Shown piece by piece: positions 15,001 to 29,474 of a DNA stretch of 64,000 nucleotides. Location: NCBI GenBank assembly GCA_964016885.1, contig OZ024757.1, positions 2,356,001-2,420,000 on the forward strand. The letters are read 5' to 3'. Position numbers and translations under genes: made by a program. How positions within the stretch are numbered: the first letter of the stretch is position 1; the number at the start of each line of letters is the position of its first letter. The notes beneath the pieces are model-generated. The model was not told the DNA's origin, made no database searches, and saw only the letters and a list, made by a program, of their open reading frames with translations. This DNA comes from Eledone cirrhosa (Eukaryota).

Positions 15001-18000
15001 AGCTGTTACTTCTCTGAATTGACAGATCGCAGCTCTGATACTATGGACATGTGGTTAGAATGTCTCAGGTAAGAATCACTGGAGAGTCACTCCAGGTAGA
15101 GCTGTTACTTCTCTGAATTGACAGATCGCAGCTCTGATACTATGGACATGTGGTTAGAATGTCTCAGGTAAGAATCACTGGTGAGTCACTCCAGGTAGAG
15201 CTGTTACTTCTCTGAATTGACAGATCGCAGCTCTGATACTATGGACATGTGGTTAGAATGTCTCAGGAAAGAATGACTGGAGAGTCACTCCAGGTAGAGC
15301 TGCTACTTCTCTGAATTGACAGATCACAGCTCTGATCCAATGGACATGTGGTTAGAATGTCTCAGGAAAGAATCACTGGAGAGTCACTCCAGGTAGAGCT
15401 GTTACTTCTCTGAATTGACAGATCACAGCTCTGATACTATGGACATGTGGTTAGAATGTTCCAGGAAAGAATCACTGGAGAGTCACTCCAGGTAGAGCTG
15501 TTACTTCTCTGAATTGACAGATCACAGCTCTGATACTATGGACATGTGGTTAGAATGTCTCAGGTAAGAATCACTGAAGTTTCACTCCAGGTAGAGCTAC
15601 TACTTCTCTGAATTGACAGATCACAGCTCTGATACTATGGACATGTGGTTAGAATTTGTCAGGAAAGAATCACTGGAGAGTCACTCCAGGTAGAGCTGTT
15701 ACTTCTCTGAATTGACAGATCGCAGCTCTGATAATATGGACATGTGGTTAGAATGTCTCAGGTAAGAATCACTGGAGAGTCACTCCAGGTAGAGCTGTTA
15801 CTTCTCAGAATTGACAGATCACAGCTCTGATACTATGGACATGTGGTTAGAATGTCTCAGGAAAGAATGACTGGAGAGTCACTCCAGGTAGAGCTGTTAC
15901 TTCTCTGAATTGACAGATCACAGCTCTGATACTATGGACATGTGGTTAGAATGTCTCAGGAAAGAATGACTGGAGAGTCACTCCAGGTAGAGCTGCTACT
16001 TCTCTGAATTGACAGATCACAGCTCTGATCCTATGGACATGTGGTTAGAATGTCTCAGGAAAGAATCACTGGAGAGTCACTCCAGGTAGAGCTGTTACTT
16101 CTCTGAATTGACAGATCGCAGCTCTGATACTATGGACATGTGGTTAGAATGTCTCAGGTAAGAATCACTGGAGAGTCACTCCAGGTAGAGCTGTTACTTC
16201 TCTGAATTGACAGATCACAGCTCTGATACTATGGACATGTGGTTAGAATGTCTCAGGAAAGAATCACTGGAGAGTCACTCCAGGTAGAGCTGCTACTTCT
16301 CTGAATTGACAGATCACAGCTCTGATTCTATGGACATGTGGTTAGAATGTCTCAGGAAAGAATCACTGGAGAGTCACTCCAGGTAGAGCTGTTACTTCTC
16401 TGAATTGACAGATCACAGCTCTGATACTATGGACATGTGGTTAGAATGTCTCAGGTAAGAATCACTGGAGAGTCACTCCAGGTAGAGCTGTTACTTATCT
16501 GAATTGACAGATCGCAGCTCTGATACTATGGACATGTGGTTAGAATGTCTCAGGAAAGAATGACTGGAGAGTCACTCCAGGTAGAGCTGTTACTTCTCTA
16601 AATTGACAGATCACAGCTCTGATACTATGGACATGTGGTTAGAATGTCTCAGGAAAGAATGACTGGAGAGTCACTCCAGGTAAAGCTGCTACTTCTCTGA
16701 ATTGAGAGATCACAGCTCTGATCCTATGGACATGTGGTTAGAATATCTCAGGAAAGAATCACTGGAGAGTCACTCCAGGTAGAGCTGTTACTTCTCTGAA
16801 TTGAGAGATCGCAGCTCTGATACTATGGACATGTGGTTAGAATGTCTCAGGTAAGAATCACTGGAGAGTCACTCCAGGTAGAGCTGTTACTTCTCTGAAT
16901 TGACAGATCGCAGCTCTGATACTATGGACATGTGGTTAGAATGTCTCAGGTAAGAATCACTGGTGAGTCACTCCAGGTAGAGCTGTTACTTCTCTGAATT
17001 GACAGATCGCAGCTCTGATACTATGGACATGTGGTTAGAATGTCTCAGGTAAGAATCACTGGTGAGTCACTCCAGGTAGAGCTGTTACTTCTCTGAATTG
17101 ACAGATCGCAGCTCTGATACTATGGACATGTGGTTAGAATGTCTCAGGTAAGAATCACTGGAGAGTCACTCCAGGTAGAGCTGTTACTTCTCTGAATTGA
17201 CAGATCGCAGCTCTGATACTATGGACATGTGGTTAGAATGTCTCAGGTAAGAATCACTGGAGAGTCACTCCAGGTAGAGCTGTTACTTCTCTGAATTGAG
17301 AGATCACAGCTCTGATACTATGGACATGTGGTTAGAATGTCTCAGGAAAGAATAACTGGAGAGTCACTCCACGTAGAGCTGTTACTTCTCTGAATTGACA
17401 GATCACAGCTCTGATACTATGGACATGTGGTTAGAATGTCTCAGGTAAGAATCACTGAAGCCTCACTCCAGGTAGAGCTGCTACTTCTCTGAATTGACAG
17501 ATCGCAGCTCTGATACTATGGACATGTGGTTAGAATGTCTCAGGTAAGAATCACTGGAGAGTCACTCCAGGTAGAGCTGTTACTTCTCAGAATTGACAGA
17601 TCACAGCTCTGATACTATGGACATGTGGTTAGAATGTCTCAGGAAAGAATGACTGGAGAGTCACTCCAGGTAGAGCTGTTACTTCTCTGAATTGACAGAT
17701 CACAGCTCTGATACTATGGACATGTGGTTAGAATGTCTCAGGTAAGAATCACTGAAGTTTCACTCCAGGTAGAGCTACTACTTCTCTGAATTGACAGATC
17801 ACAGCTCTGATACTATGGACATGTGGTTAGAATTTGTCAGGAAAGAATCACTGGAGAGTCACTCCAGGGAGAGCTGTTACTTCTCTGAATTGACAGATCG
17901 CAGCTCTGATACTATGGACATGTGGTTAGAATTTGTCAGGAAAGAATCACTGGAGAGTCACTCCAGGTAGAGCTGTTACTTCTCTGAATTGACAGATCAC

Positions 18001-21000
18001 AGCTCTGATACTATGGACATGTGGTTAGAATTTGTCAGGAAAGAATCACTGGAGAGTCACTCCAGGTAGAGCTGTTACTTCTCTGCATTGACAGATCGCA
18101 GCTCTGATACTATGGACATGTGGTTAGAATGTCTCAGGTAAGAATCACTGGAGAGTCACTCCAGGTAGAGCTGTTACTTCTCAGAATTGACAGATCACAG
18201 CTCTGATACTATGGACATGTGGTTAGAATGTCTCAGGAAAGAATGACTGGAGAGTCACTCCAGGTAGAGCTGCTACTTCTCTGAATTGACAGATCACAGC
18301 TCTGATCCTATGGACATGTGGTTAGAATGTCTCAGGAAAGAATCACTGGAGAGTCACTCCAGGTAGAGCTGTTACTTCTCTGAATTGACAGATCGCAGCT
18401 CTGATACTATGGACATGTGGTTAGAATGTCTCAGGAAAGAATCACTGGAGAGTCACTCCAGGTAGAGCTGTTACTTCTCAGAATTGACAGATCACAGCTC
18501 TGATACTATGGACATGTGGTTAGAATGTCTCAGGAAAGAATGACTGGAGAGTCACTCCAGGTAGAGCTGTTACTTCTCTGAATTGGCAGATCACAGCTCT
18601 GATACTATGGATATGTGGTTAGAATGTCTCAGGAAAGAATGACTGGAGAGTCACTCCAGGTAGAGCTGCTACTTCTCTGAATTGACAGATCACAGCTCTG
18701 ATCCAATGGACATGTGGTTAGAATGTCTCAGGAAAGAATCACTGGAGAGTCACTCCAGGTAGAGCTGTTACTTCTCTGAATTGACAGATCGCAGCTCTGA
18801 TACTATGGACATGTGGTTAGAATGTCTCAGGTAAGAATCACTGGAGAGTCACTCCAGGTAGAGCTGTTACTTCTCTGAATTGACAGATCACAGCTCTGAT
18901 ACTATGGACATGTGGTTAGAATGTCTCAGGAAAGAATGACTGGAGAGTCACTCCAGGTAGAGCTGCTACTTCTCTGAATTGACAGATCACAGCTCTGATC
19001 CTATGGACATGTGGTTAGAATGTCTCAGGAAAGAATCACTGGAGAGTCACTCCAGGTAGAGCTGTTACTTCTCTGAATGGACAGATCGCAGCTCTGATAC
19101 TATGGACATGTGGTTAGAATGTCTCAGGTAAGAATCACTGGAGAGTCACTCCAGGTAGAGCTGTTACTTATCTGAATTGACAGATCGCAGCTCTGATACT
19201 ATGGACATGTGGTTAGAATGTATCAGGAAAGAATGACTGGAGAGTCACTCCAGGTAGAGCTGTTACTTCTCTGAATTGACAGATCACAGCTCTGATACTA
19301 TGGACATGTGGTTAGAATGTCTCAGGAAAGAATGACTGGAGAGTCACTCCAGGTAGAGCTGCTACTTCTCTGAATTGACAGATCACAGCTCTGATCCTAT
19401 GGACATGTGGTTAGAATGTCTCAGGAAAGAATCACTGGAGAGTCACTCCAGGTAGAGTGTTACTTCTCTGAATTGACAGATCGCAGCTCTGATACTATGG
19501 ACATGTGGTTAGAATGTCTCAGGTAAGAATCACTGGAGAGTCACTCCAGGTAGAGCTGTTACTTCTCTGAATTGACAGATCGCAGCTCTGATACTATGGA
19601 CATGTGGTTAGAATGTCTCAGGTAAGAATCACTGGTGAGTCACTCCAGGTAGAGCTGTTACTTCTCTGAATTGACAGATCGCAGCTCTGATACTATGGAC
19701 ATGTGGTTAGAATGTCTCAGGAAAGAATGACTGGAGAGTCACTCCAGGTAGAGCTGCTACTTCTCTGAATTGACAGATCACAGCTCTGATCCAATGGACA
19801 TGTGGTTAGAATGTCTCAGGAAAGAATCACTGGAGAGTCACTCCAGGTAGAGCTGTTACTTCTCTGAATTGACAGATCACAGCTTTGATACTATGGACAT
19901 GTGGTTAGAATGTCTCAGGAAAGAATCACTGGAGAGTCACTCCAGGTAGAGCTGCTACTTCTCTGAATTGACAGATCACAGCTCTGATCCTATGGACATG
20001 TGGTTAGAATGTCTCAGGAAAGAATCACTGGAGAGTCACTCCAGGTAGAGCTGTTACTTCTCTGAATTGACAGATCACAGCTCTGATACTATGGACATGT
20101 GGTTAGAATGTCTCAGGTAAGAATCACTGGAGAGTCACTCCAGGTAGAGCTGTTACTTATCTGAATTGACAGATCGCAGCTCTGATACTATGGACATGTG
20201 GTTAGAATGTCTCAGGAAAGAATGACTGGAGAGTCACTCCAGGTAGAGCTGTTACTTCTCTGAATTGACAGATCACAGCTCTGATACTATGGACATGTGG
20301 TTAGAATGTCTCAGGAATGAATGACTGGAGAGTCACTCCAGGTAAAGCTGCTACTTCTCTGAATTGAGAGATCACAGCTCTGATCCTATGGACATGTGGT
20401 TAGAATGTCTCAGGAAAGAATCACTGGAGAGTCACTCCAGGTAGAGCTGTTACTTCTCTGAATTGAGAGATCGCAGCTCTGATACTATGGACATGTGGTT
20501 AGAATGTCTCAGGTAAGAATCACTGGAGAGTCACTCCAGGTAGAGCTGTTACTTCTCTGAATTGAGAGATCACAGCTCTGATACTATGGACATGTGGTTA
20601 GAATGTCTCAGGAAAGAATAACTGGAGAGTCACTCCACGTAGAGCTGTTACTTCTCTGAATTGACAGATCACAGCTCTGATACTATGGACATGTGGTTAG
20701 AATGTCTCAGGTAAGAATCACTGAAGCCTCACTCCAGGTAGAGCTGCTACTTCTCTGAATTGACAGATCACAGCTCTGATACTATGGACATGTGGTTAGA
20801 ATTTGTCAGGAAAGAATCACTGGTGAGTCACTCCAGGTAGAGCTGTTACTTCTCTGAATTGACAGATCGCAGCTCTGATACTATGGACATGTGGTTAGAA
20901 TGTCTCAGGTAAGAATCACTGGAGAGTCACTCCAGGTAGAGCTGTTACTTCTCTGAATTGACAGATCGCAGCTCTGATACTATGGACATGTGGTTAGAAT

Positions 21001-24000
21001 GTCTCAGGTAAGAATCACTGGTGAGTCACTCCAGGTAGAGCTGTTACTTCTCTGAATTGACAGATCGCAGCTCTGATACTATGGACATGTGGTTAGAATG
21101 TCTCAGGAAAGAATGACTGGAGAGTCACTCCAGGTAGAGCTGCTACTTCTCTGAATTGACAGATCACAGCTCTGATCCAATGGACATGTGGTTAGAATGT
21201 CTCAGGAAAGAATCACTGGAGAGTCACTCCAGGTAGAGCTGTTACTTCTCTGAATTGACAGATCACAGCTCTGATACTATGGACATGTGGTTAGAATGTT
21301 CCAGGAAAGAATCACTGGAGAGTCACTCCAGGTAGAGCTGTTACTTCTCTGAATTGACAGATCACAGCTCTGATACTATGGACATGTGGTTAGAATGTCT
21401 CAGGTAAGAATCACTGAAGTTTCACTCCAGGTAGAGCTACTACTTCTCTGAATTGACAGATCACAGCTCTGATACTATGGACATGTGGTTAGAATTTGTC
21501 AGGAAAGAATCACTGGAGAGTCACTCCAGGTAGAGCTGTTACTTCTCTGAATTGACAGATCGCAGCTCTGATAATATGGACATGTGGTTAGAATGTCTCA
21601 GGTAAGAATCACTGGAGAGTCACTCCAGGTAGAGCTGTTACTTCTCAGAATTGACAGATCACAGCTCTGATACTATGGACATGTGGTTAGAATGTCTCAG
21701 GAAAGAATGACTGGAGAGTCACTCCAGGTAGAGCTGTTACTTCTCTGAATTGACAGATCACAGCTCTGATACTATGGACATGTGGTTAGAATGTCTCAGG
21801 AAAGAATGACTGGAGAGTCACTCCAGGTAGAGCTGCTACTTCTCTGAATTGACAGATCACAGCTCTGATCCTATGGACATGTGGTTAGAATGTCTCAGGA
21901 AAGAATCACTGGAGAGTCACTCCAGATAGAGCTGTTACTTCTCTGAATTGACAGATCGCAGCTCTGATACTATGGACATGTGGTTAGAATGTCTCAGGTA
22001 AGAATCACTGGAGAGTCACTCCAGGTAGAGCTGTTACTTCTCTGAATTGACAGATCACAGCTCTGATACTATGGACATGTGGTTAGAATGTCTCAGGAAA
22101 GAATCACTGGAGAGTCACTCCAGGTAGAGCTGCTACTTCTCTGAATTGACAGATCACAGCTCTGATTCTATGGACATGTGGTTAGAATGTCTCAGGAAAG
22201 AATCACTGGAGAGTCACTCCAGGTAGAGCTGTTACTTCTCTGAATTGACAGATCACAGCTCTGATACTATGGACATGTGGTTAGAATGTCTCAGGTAAGA
22301 ATCACTGGAGAGTCACTCCAGGTAGAGCTGTTACTTATCTGAATTGACAGATCGCAGCTCTGATACTATGGACATGTGGTTAGAATGTCTCAGGAAAGAA
22401 TGACTGGAGAGTCACTCCAGGTAGAGCTGTTACTTCTCTAAATTGACAGATCACAGCTCTGATACTATGGACATGTGGTTAGAATGTCTCAGGAAAGAAT
22501 GACTGGAGAGTCACTCCAGGTAGAGCTGTTACTTCTCTGAATTGACAGATCACAGCTCTGATACTATGGACATGTGGTTAGAATGTCTCAGGAAAGAATG
22601 ACTGGAGAGTCACTCCAGGTAGAGCTGTTACTTCTCTGAATTGACAGATCACAGCTCTGATACTATGGACATGTGGTTAGAATGTCTCAGGTAAGAATCA
22701 CTGAAGTTTCACTCCAGGTAGAGCTACTACTTCTCTGAATTGACAGATCACAGCTCTGATACTATGGACATGTGGTTAGAATTTGTCAGGAAAGAATCAC
22801 TGGAGAGTCACTCCAGGGAGAGCTGTTACTTCTCTGAATTGACAGATCGCAGCTCTGATACTATGGACATGTGGTTAGAATTTGTCAGGAAAGAATCACT
22901 GGAGAGTCACTCCAGGTAGAGCTGTTACTTCTCTGAATTGACAGATCACAGCTCTGATACTATGGACATGTGGTTAGAATTTGTCAGGAAAGAATCACTG
23001 GAGAGTCACTCCAGGTAGAGCTGTTACTTCTCTGCATTGACAGATCGCAGCTCTGATACTATGGACATGTGGTTAGAATGTCTCAGGTAAGAATCACTGG
23101 AGAGTCACTCCAGGTAGAGCTGTTACTTCTCAGAATTGACAGATCACAGCTCTGATACTATGGACATGTGGTTAGAATGTCTCAGGAAAGAATGACTGGA
23201 GAGTCACTCCAGGTAGAGCTGCTACTTCTCTGAATTGACAGATCACAGCTCTGATCCTATGGACATGTGGTTAGAATGTCTCAGGAAAGAATCACTGGAG
23301 AGTCACTCCAGGTAGAGCTGTTACTTCTCTGAATTGACAGATCGCAGCTCTGATACTATGGACATGTGGTTAGAATGTCTCAGGTAAGAATCACTGGAGA
23401 GTCACTCCAGGTAGAGCTGTTACTTCTCTGAATTGACAGATCGCAGCTCTGATACTATGGACATGTGGTTAGAATGTCTCAGGTAAGAATCACTGGTGAG
23501 TCACTCCAGGTAGAGCTGTTACTTCTCTGAATTGACAGATCGCAGCTCTGATACTATGGACATGTAGTTAGAATGTCTCAGGTAAGAATCACTGGTGAGT
23601 CACTCCAGGTAGAGTTGTTACTTCTCTGAATTGACAGATCGCAGCTCTGATACTATGGACATGTGGTTAGAATGTCTCAGGTAAGAATCACTGGAGAGTC
23701 ACTCCAGGTAGAGCTGTTACTTCTCTGAATTGACAGATCGCAGCTCTGATACTATGGACATGTGGTTAGAATGTCTCAGGTAAGAATCACTGGAGAGTCA
23801 CTCCAGGTAGAGCTGTTACTTCTCTGAATTGACAGATCACAGCTCTGATACTATGGACATGTGGTTAGAATTTGTCAGGAAAGAATCACTGGAGAGTCAC
23901 TCCAGGTAGAGCTGTTACTTCTCTGAATTGACAGATCGCAGCTCTGATACTATGGACATGTGGTTAGAATGTCTCAGGTAAGAATCACTGGAGAGTCACT

Positions 24001-27000
24001 CCAGGTAGAGCTGTTACTTCTCAGAATTGACAGATCACAGCTCTGATACTATGGACATGTGGTTAGAATGTCTCAGGAAAGAATGACTGGAGAGTCACTC
24101 CAGGTAGAGCTGTTACTTCTCTGAATTGGCAGATCACAGCTCTGATACTATGGACATGTGGTTAGAATGTCTCAGGAAAGAATGACTGGAGAGTCACTCC
24201 AGGTAGAGCTGCTACTTCTCTGAATTGACAGATCACAGCTCTGATCCAATGGACATGTGGTTAGAATGTCTCAGGAAAGAATCACTGGAGAGTCACTCCA
24301 GGTAGAGCTGTTACTTCTCTGAATTGACAGATCGCAGCTCTGATACTATGGACATGTGGTTAGAATGTCTCAGGTAAGAATCACTGGAGAGTCACTCCAG
24401 GTAGAGCTGTTACTTCTCTGAATTGACAGATCACAGCTCTGATACTATGGACATGTGGTTAGAATGTCTCAGGAAAGAATGACTGGAGAGTCACTCCAGG
24501 TAGAGCTGCTACTTCTCTGAATTGACAGATCACAGCTCTGATCCTATGGACATGTGGTTAGAATGTCTCAGGAAAGAATCACTGGAGAGTCACTCCAGGT
24601 AGAGCTGTTACTTCTCTGAATGGACAGATCGCAGCTCTGATACTATGGACATGTGGTTAGAATGTCTCAGGTAAGAATCACTGGAGAGTCACTCCAGGTA
24701 GAGCTGTTACTTATCTGAATTGACAGATCGCAGGTCTGATACTATGGACATGTTGTTAGAATGTCTCAGGAAAGAATGACTGGAGAGTCACTCCAGGTAG
24801 AGCTGTTACTTCTCTGAATTGACAGATCACAGCTCTGATACTATGGACATGTGGTTAGAATGTCTCAGGAACGAATGACTGGAGAGTCACTCCAGGTAGA
24901 GCTGCTACTTCTCTGAATTGACAGATCACAGCTCTGATCCTATGGACATGTGGTTAGAATGTCTCAGGAAAGAATCACTGGAGAGTCACTCCAGGTAGAG
25001 CTGTTACTTCTCTGAATTGACAGATCGCAGCTCTGATACTATGGACATGTGGTTAGAATGTCTCAGGTAAGAATCACTGGAGAGTCACTCCAGGTAGAGC
25101 TGTTACTTCTCTGAATTGACAGATCGCAGCTCTGATACTATGGACATGTGGTTAGAATGTCTCAGGTAAGAATCACTGGAGAGTCACTCCAGGTAGAGCT
25201 GTTACTTCTCAGAATTGACAGATCACAGCTCTGATACTATGGACATGTGGTTAGAATGTCTCAGGAAAGAATGACTGGAGAGTCACTCCAGGTAGAGCTG
25301 CTACTTCTCTGAATTGACAGATCACAGCTCTGATCCTATGGACATGTGGTTAGAATGTCTCAGGAAAGAATCACTGGAGAGTCACTCCAGGTAGAGCTGT
25401 TACTTCTCTGAATTGACAGATCGCAGCTCTGATACTATGGACATGTGGTTAGAATGTCTCAGGTAAGAATCACTGGAGAGTCACTCCAGGTAGAGCTGTT
25501 ACTTCTCTGAATTGACAGATCGCAGCTCTGATACTATGGACATGTGGTTAGAATGTCTCAGGTAAGAATCACTGGTGAGTCACTCCAGGTAGAGCTGTTA
25601 CTTCTCTGAATTGACAGATCGCAGCTCTGATACTATGGACATGTGGTTAGAATGTCTCAGGTAAGAATCACTGGTGAGTCACTCCAGGTAGAGTTGTTAC
25701 TTCTCTGAATTGACAGATCGCAGCTCTGATACTATGGACATGTGGTTAGAATGTCTCAGGTAAGAATCACTGGAGAGTCACTCCAGGTAGAGCTGTTACT
25801 TCTCTGAATTGACAGATCGCAGCTCTGATACTATGGACATGTGGTTAGAATGTCTCAGGTAAGAATCACTGGAGAGTCACTCCAGGTAGAGCTGTTACTT
25901 CTCTGAATTGACAGATCACAGCTCTGATACTATGGACATGTGGTTAGAATTTGTCAGGAAAGAATCACTGGAGAGTCACTCCAGGTAGAGCTGTTACTTC
26001 TCTGAATTGACAGATCGCAGCTCTGATACTATGGACATGTGGTTAGAATGTCTCAGGTAAGAATCACTGGAGAGTCACTCCAGGTAGAGCTGTTACTTCT
26101 CAGAATTGACAGATCACAGCTCTGATACTATGGACATGTGGTTAGAATGTCTCAGGAAAGAATGACTGGAGAGTCACTCCAGGTAGAGCTGTTACTTCTC
26201 TGAATTGGCAGATCACAGCTCTGATACTATGGACATGTGGTTAGAATGTCTCAGGAAAGAATGACTGGAGAGTCACTCCAGGTAGAGCTGCTACTTCTCT
26301 GAATTGACAGATCACAGCTCTGATCCAATGGACATGTGGTTAGAATGTCTCAGGAAAGAATCACTGGAGAGTCACTCCAGGTAGAGCTGTTACTTCTCTG
26401 AATTGACAGATCGCAGCTCTGATACTATGGACATGTGGTTAGAATGTCTCAGGTAAGAATCACTGGAGAGTCACTCCAGGTAGAGCTGTTACTTCTCTGA
26501 ATTGACAGATCACAGCTCTGATACTATGGACATGTGGTTAGAATGTCTCAGGAAAGAATGACTGGAGAGTCACTCCAGGTAGAGCTGCTACTTCTCTGAA
26601 TTGACAGATCACAGCTCTGATCCTATGGACATGTGGTTAGAATGTCTCAGGAAAGAATCACTGGAGAGTCACTCCAGGTAGAGCTGTTACTTCTCTGAAT
26701 GGACAGATCGCAGCTCTGATACTATGGACATGTGGTTAGAATGTCTCAGGTAAGAATCACTGGAGAGTCACTCCAGGTAGAGCTGTTACTTATCTGAATT
26801 GACAGATCGCAGGTCTGATACTATGGACATGTTGTTAGAATGTCTCAGGAAAGAATGACTGGAGAGTCACTCCAGGTAGAGCTGTTACTTCTCTGAATTG
26901 ACAGATCACAGCTCTGATACTATGGACATGTGGTTAGAATGTCTCAGGAACGAATGACTGGAGAGTCACTCCAGGTAGAGCTGCTACTTCTCTGAATTGA

Positions 27001-28150
27001 CAGATCACAGCTCTGATCCTATGGACATGTGGTTAGAATGTCTCAGGAAAGAATCACTGGAGAGTCACTCCAGGTAGAGCTGTTACTTCTCTGAATTGAC
27101 AGATCGCAGCTCTGATACTATGGACATGTGGTTAGAATGTCTCAGGTAAGAATCACTGGAGAGTCACTCCAGGTAGAGCTGTTACTTCTCTGAATTGACA
27201 GATCGCAGCTCTGATACTATGGACATGTGGTTAGAATGTCTCAGGTAAGAATCACTGGTGATTCACTCCAGGTAGAGCTGTTACTTCTCTGAATTGACAG
27301 ATCGCAGCTCTGATACTATGGACATGTGGTTAGAATGTCTCAGGTAAGAATCACTGGAGAGTCACTCCAGGTAGAGCTGTTACTTCTCTGAATTGACAGA
27401 TCGCAGCTCTGATACTATGGACATGTGGTTAGAATGTCTCAGGTAAGAATCACTGGAGAGTCACTCCAGGTAGAGCTGTTACTTCTCTGAATTGACAGAT
27501 CACAGCTCTGATACTATGGACATGTGGTTAGAATGTCTCAGGAAAGAATAACTGGAGAGTCACTCCAGGTAGAGCTGTTACTTCTCTGAATTGACAGATC
27601 ACAGCTCTGATACTATGGACATGTGGTTAGAATATCTCAGGAAAGAATCACTGGAGAGTCACTCCAGGTAGAGCTGTTACTTCTCTGAATTGACAGATCA
27701 CAGCTCTGATGCTATGGACATGTGGTTAGAATGTCTCAGGAAAGAATGACTGGAGAGTCACTCCAGGTAGAGCTGTTACTTCTCTGAATTGACAGATCAC
27801 AGCTCTGATACTATGGACATGTGGTTAGAATGTCTCAGGAAAGAATGACTGGAGAGTCACTCCAGGTAGAGCTGTTACTTCTCTGAATTGACAGATCACA
27901 GCTCTGATACTATGGACATGTGGTTAGAATGTCTCAGGAAAGAATCACTGGAGAGTCACTCCAGGTAGAGCTGTTATTTCTCAGAATTGACAGATCACAG
28001 CTCTGATGCTATGGACATGTGGTTAGAATGTCTCAGGTAAGAATCACTGGCGAGTCACTCCAGGTAGAGCTGTTACTTCTCTGAATTGACAGATCACAGT
28101 TCTGATACTATGGACATGTGGTTAGAATGTCTCAGGTAAGAATCACTGGA
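1..28150 (+). repeat. 99-bp tandem satellite array (about 284 monomers, open at the window start), derived from an RTE LINE ORF segment
   Basis: The unit gagtcactccaggtagagctgttacttctctgaattgacagatcgcagctctgatactatggacatgtggttagaatgtctcaggtaagaatcactgga recurs with period 99. Only two 1-bp indels were noticed (+a near 5179, -c near 19458). The consensus has stops in all six frames. Confidence 0.99.
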
Positions 28151-28243
28151 CAGATTTTACAGGCTAAACCAACCGACAGGAGACCCAGAACTAGACCCCG
28201 AACAAGATGTTTGGATAACATCCAACCATCATACAATGTCTAG
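28151..28243 (+). pseudogene. RTE-clade LINE ORF C-terminal remnant, in frame with the last satellite monomer
   Basis: Translates QILQAKPTDRRPRTRPRTRCLDNIQPSYNV*, matching the RTE-type motif GxRxRGRPRxRWxDxI that follows RLRWxGHVxRM. Confidence 0.85.
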
Positions 28244-28401
28244 GATGAACCAAGTTTCTGGATGTGTTCAAGGTGACTGGTGGTTGTGGGACAAGGCCAC
28301 CAGGTGGGGCCGTGGTAACCGCAAATACCTTGAAATGTTTTCGACCTTCATTTAACCAATGAGATTGCCGGAATAGGAAACAGTTTGTGAGACAATGTGT
28401 T

Positions 28402-28481
<80 letters not shown>
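28402..28481. repeat. (CA)n microsatellite
   Basis: Direct reading. Confidence 0.98.
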
Positions 28482-28580
28482 GTATATATATATGCATCTG
28501 GTGTGTGTGTATATATATATATATATATATTAGAGAGCTAGTGTAGTAAGTATATTACGAAAGTCTAAAACTTAATAAAT

Positions 28581-28923
28581 AAACAACAGCAACAACAACA
28601 ACAGCAACAACAACCACAACAGCACCACCAACAACAGCAAGAAGAAGAAGAAGAAGAAGAACAACAACAACACCACCACCACCAACAACAACAACACCAC
28701 CACCAACAACAACAACAACACCACCACCACCACCACCTACAACAACACCACCACTACCAACAACAACACCACCACCACCACCACCACCACCTACAACAAC
28801 ACCACCACTACCAACAACAACACCACCACCAACACCAACAACAACACCACCACCACCAGCAACAACAACACCACCACCACCACCAACAACACCACCACCA
28901 CCACTACCACCACCACCACCACC

Positions 28924-28954
<31 letters not shown>

Positions 28955-29202
28955 CCACCACCACCACCACCACCTACAACAACACCACCACTACCAACAA
29001 CAACACCACCACCACCACCAACAACAACACCACCACCACCAGCAACAACAACACCACCACCACCAACAACAACACCACCACCACCACCACCACCACCACC
29101 ACAACTACCAACAACAACAACACCACCACCACCACCACCACCAACAACAACACCACCACCACCAACAACAACACCACCACTACCAACACCACCACCACCA
29201 CC

Positions 29203-29278
<76 letters not shown>

Positions 29279-29442
29279 CCACCACCAACAACACCACCAC
29301 CACCAACAACAACAACACCACCACCAACAACACCACCACCACCAACAACAACAACAACACCACCACCACCAACAACAACAACACCACCACCAACAACACC
29401 ACCACCACCAACAACAACACCACCACCAACAACAACAACAAC

Positions 29443-29474
<32 letters not shown>

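Noticed and set aside
1-28150. CRISPR array
   Set aside because: There are no unique spacers; the whole 99-bp unit repeats. No cas genes are present and the context is eukaryotic.
1-28150. Giant 33-aa repeat protein via readthrough, selenocysteine or A-to-I recoding
   Set aside because: All six frames have stops in nearly every unit. The 99-bp length and LINE-frame TGA codons are explained by LINE ancestry and CpG decay, and two frameshifting indels are present.
1-28150. Hammerhead-containing satellite (newt/schistosome type)
   Set aside because: CTGATAC..GAAA does not match CUGANGA or its U3:A8 variant, and the helices are not arranged as a hammerhead junction.
1-28150. Tandem micro-exon array suggested by CAG|GTAAG and ..TTGACAG
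   Set aside because: The implied exon is 43 nt (not frame-preserving), the donor is lost in roughly half the units (GAAAG), and there is no gene context.
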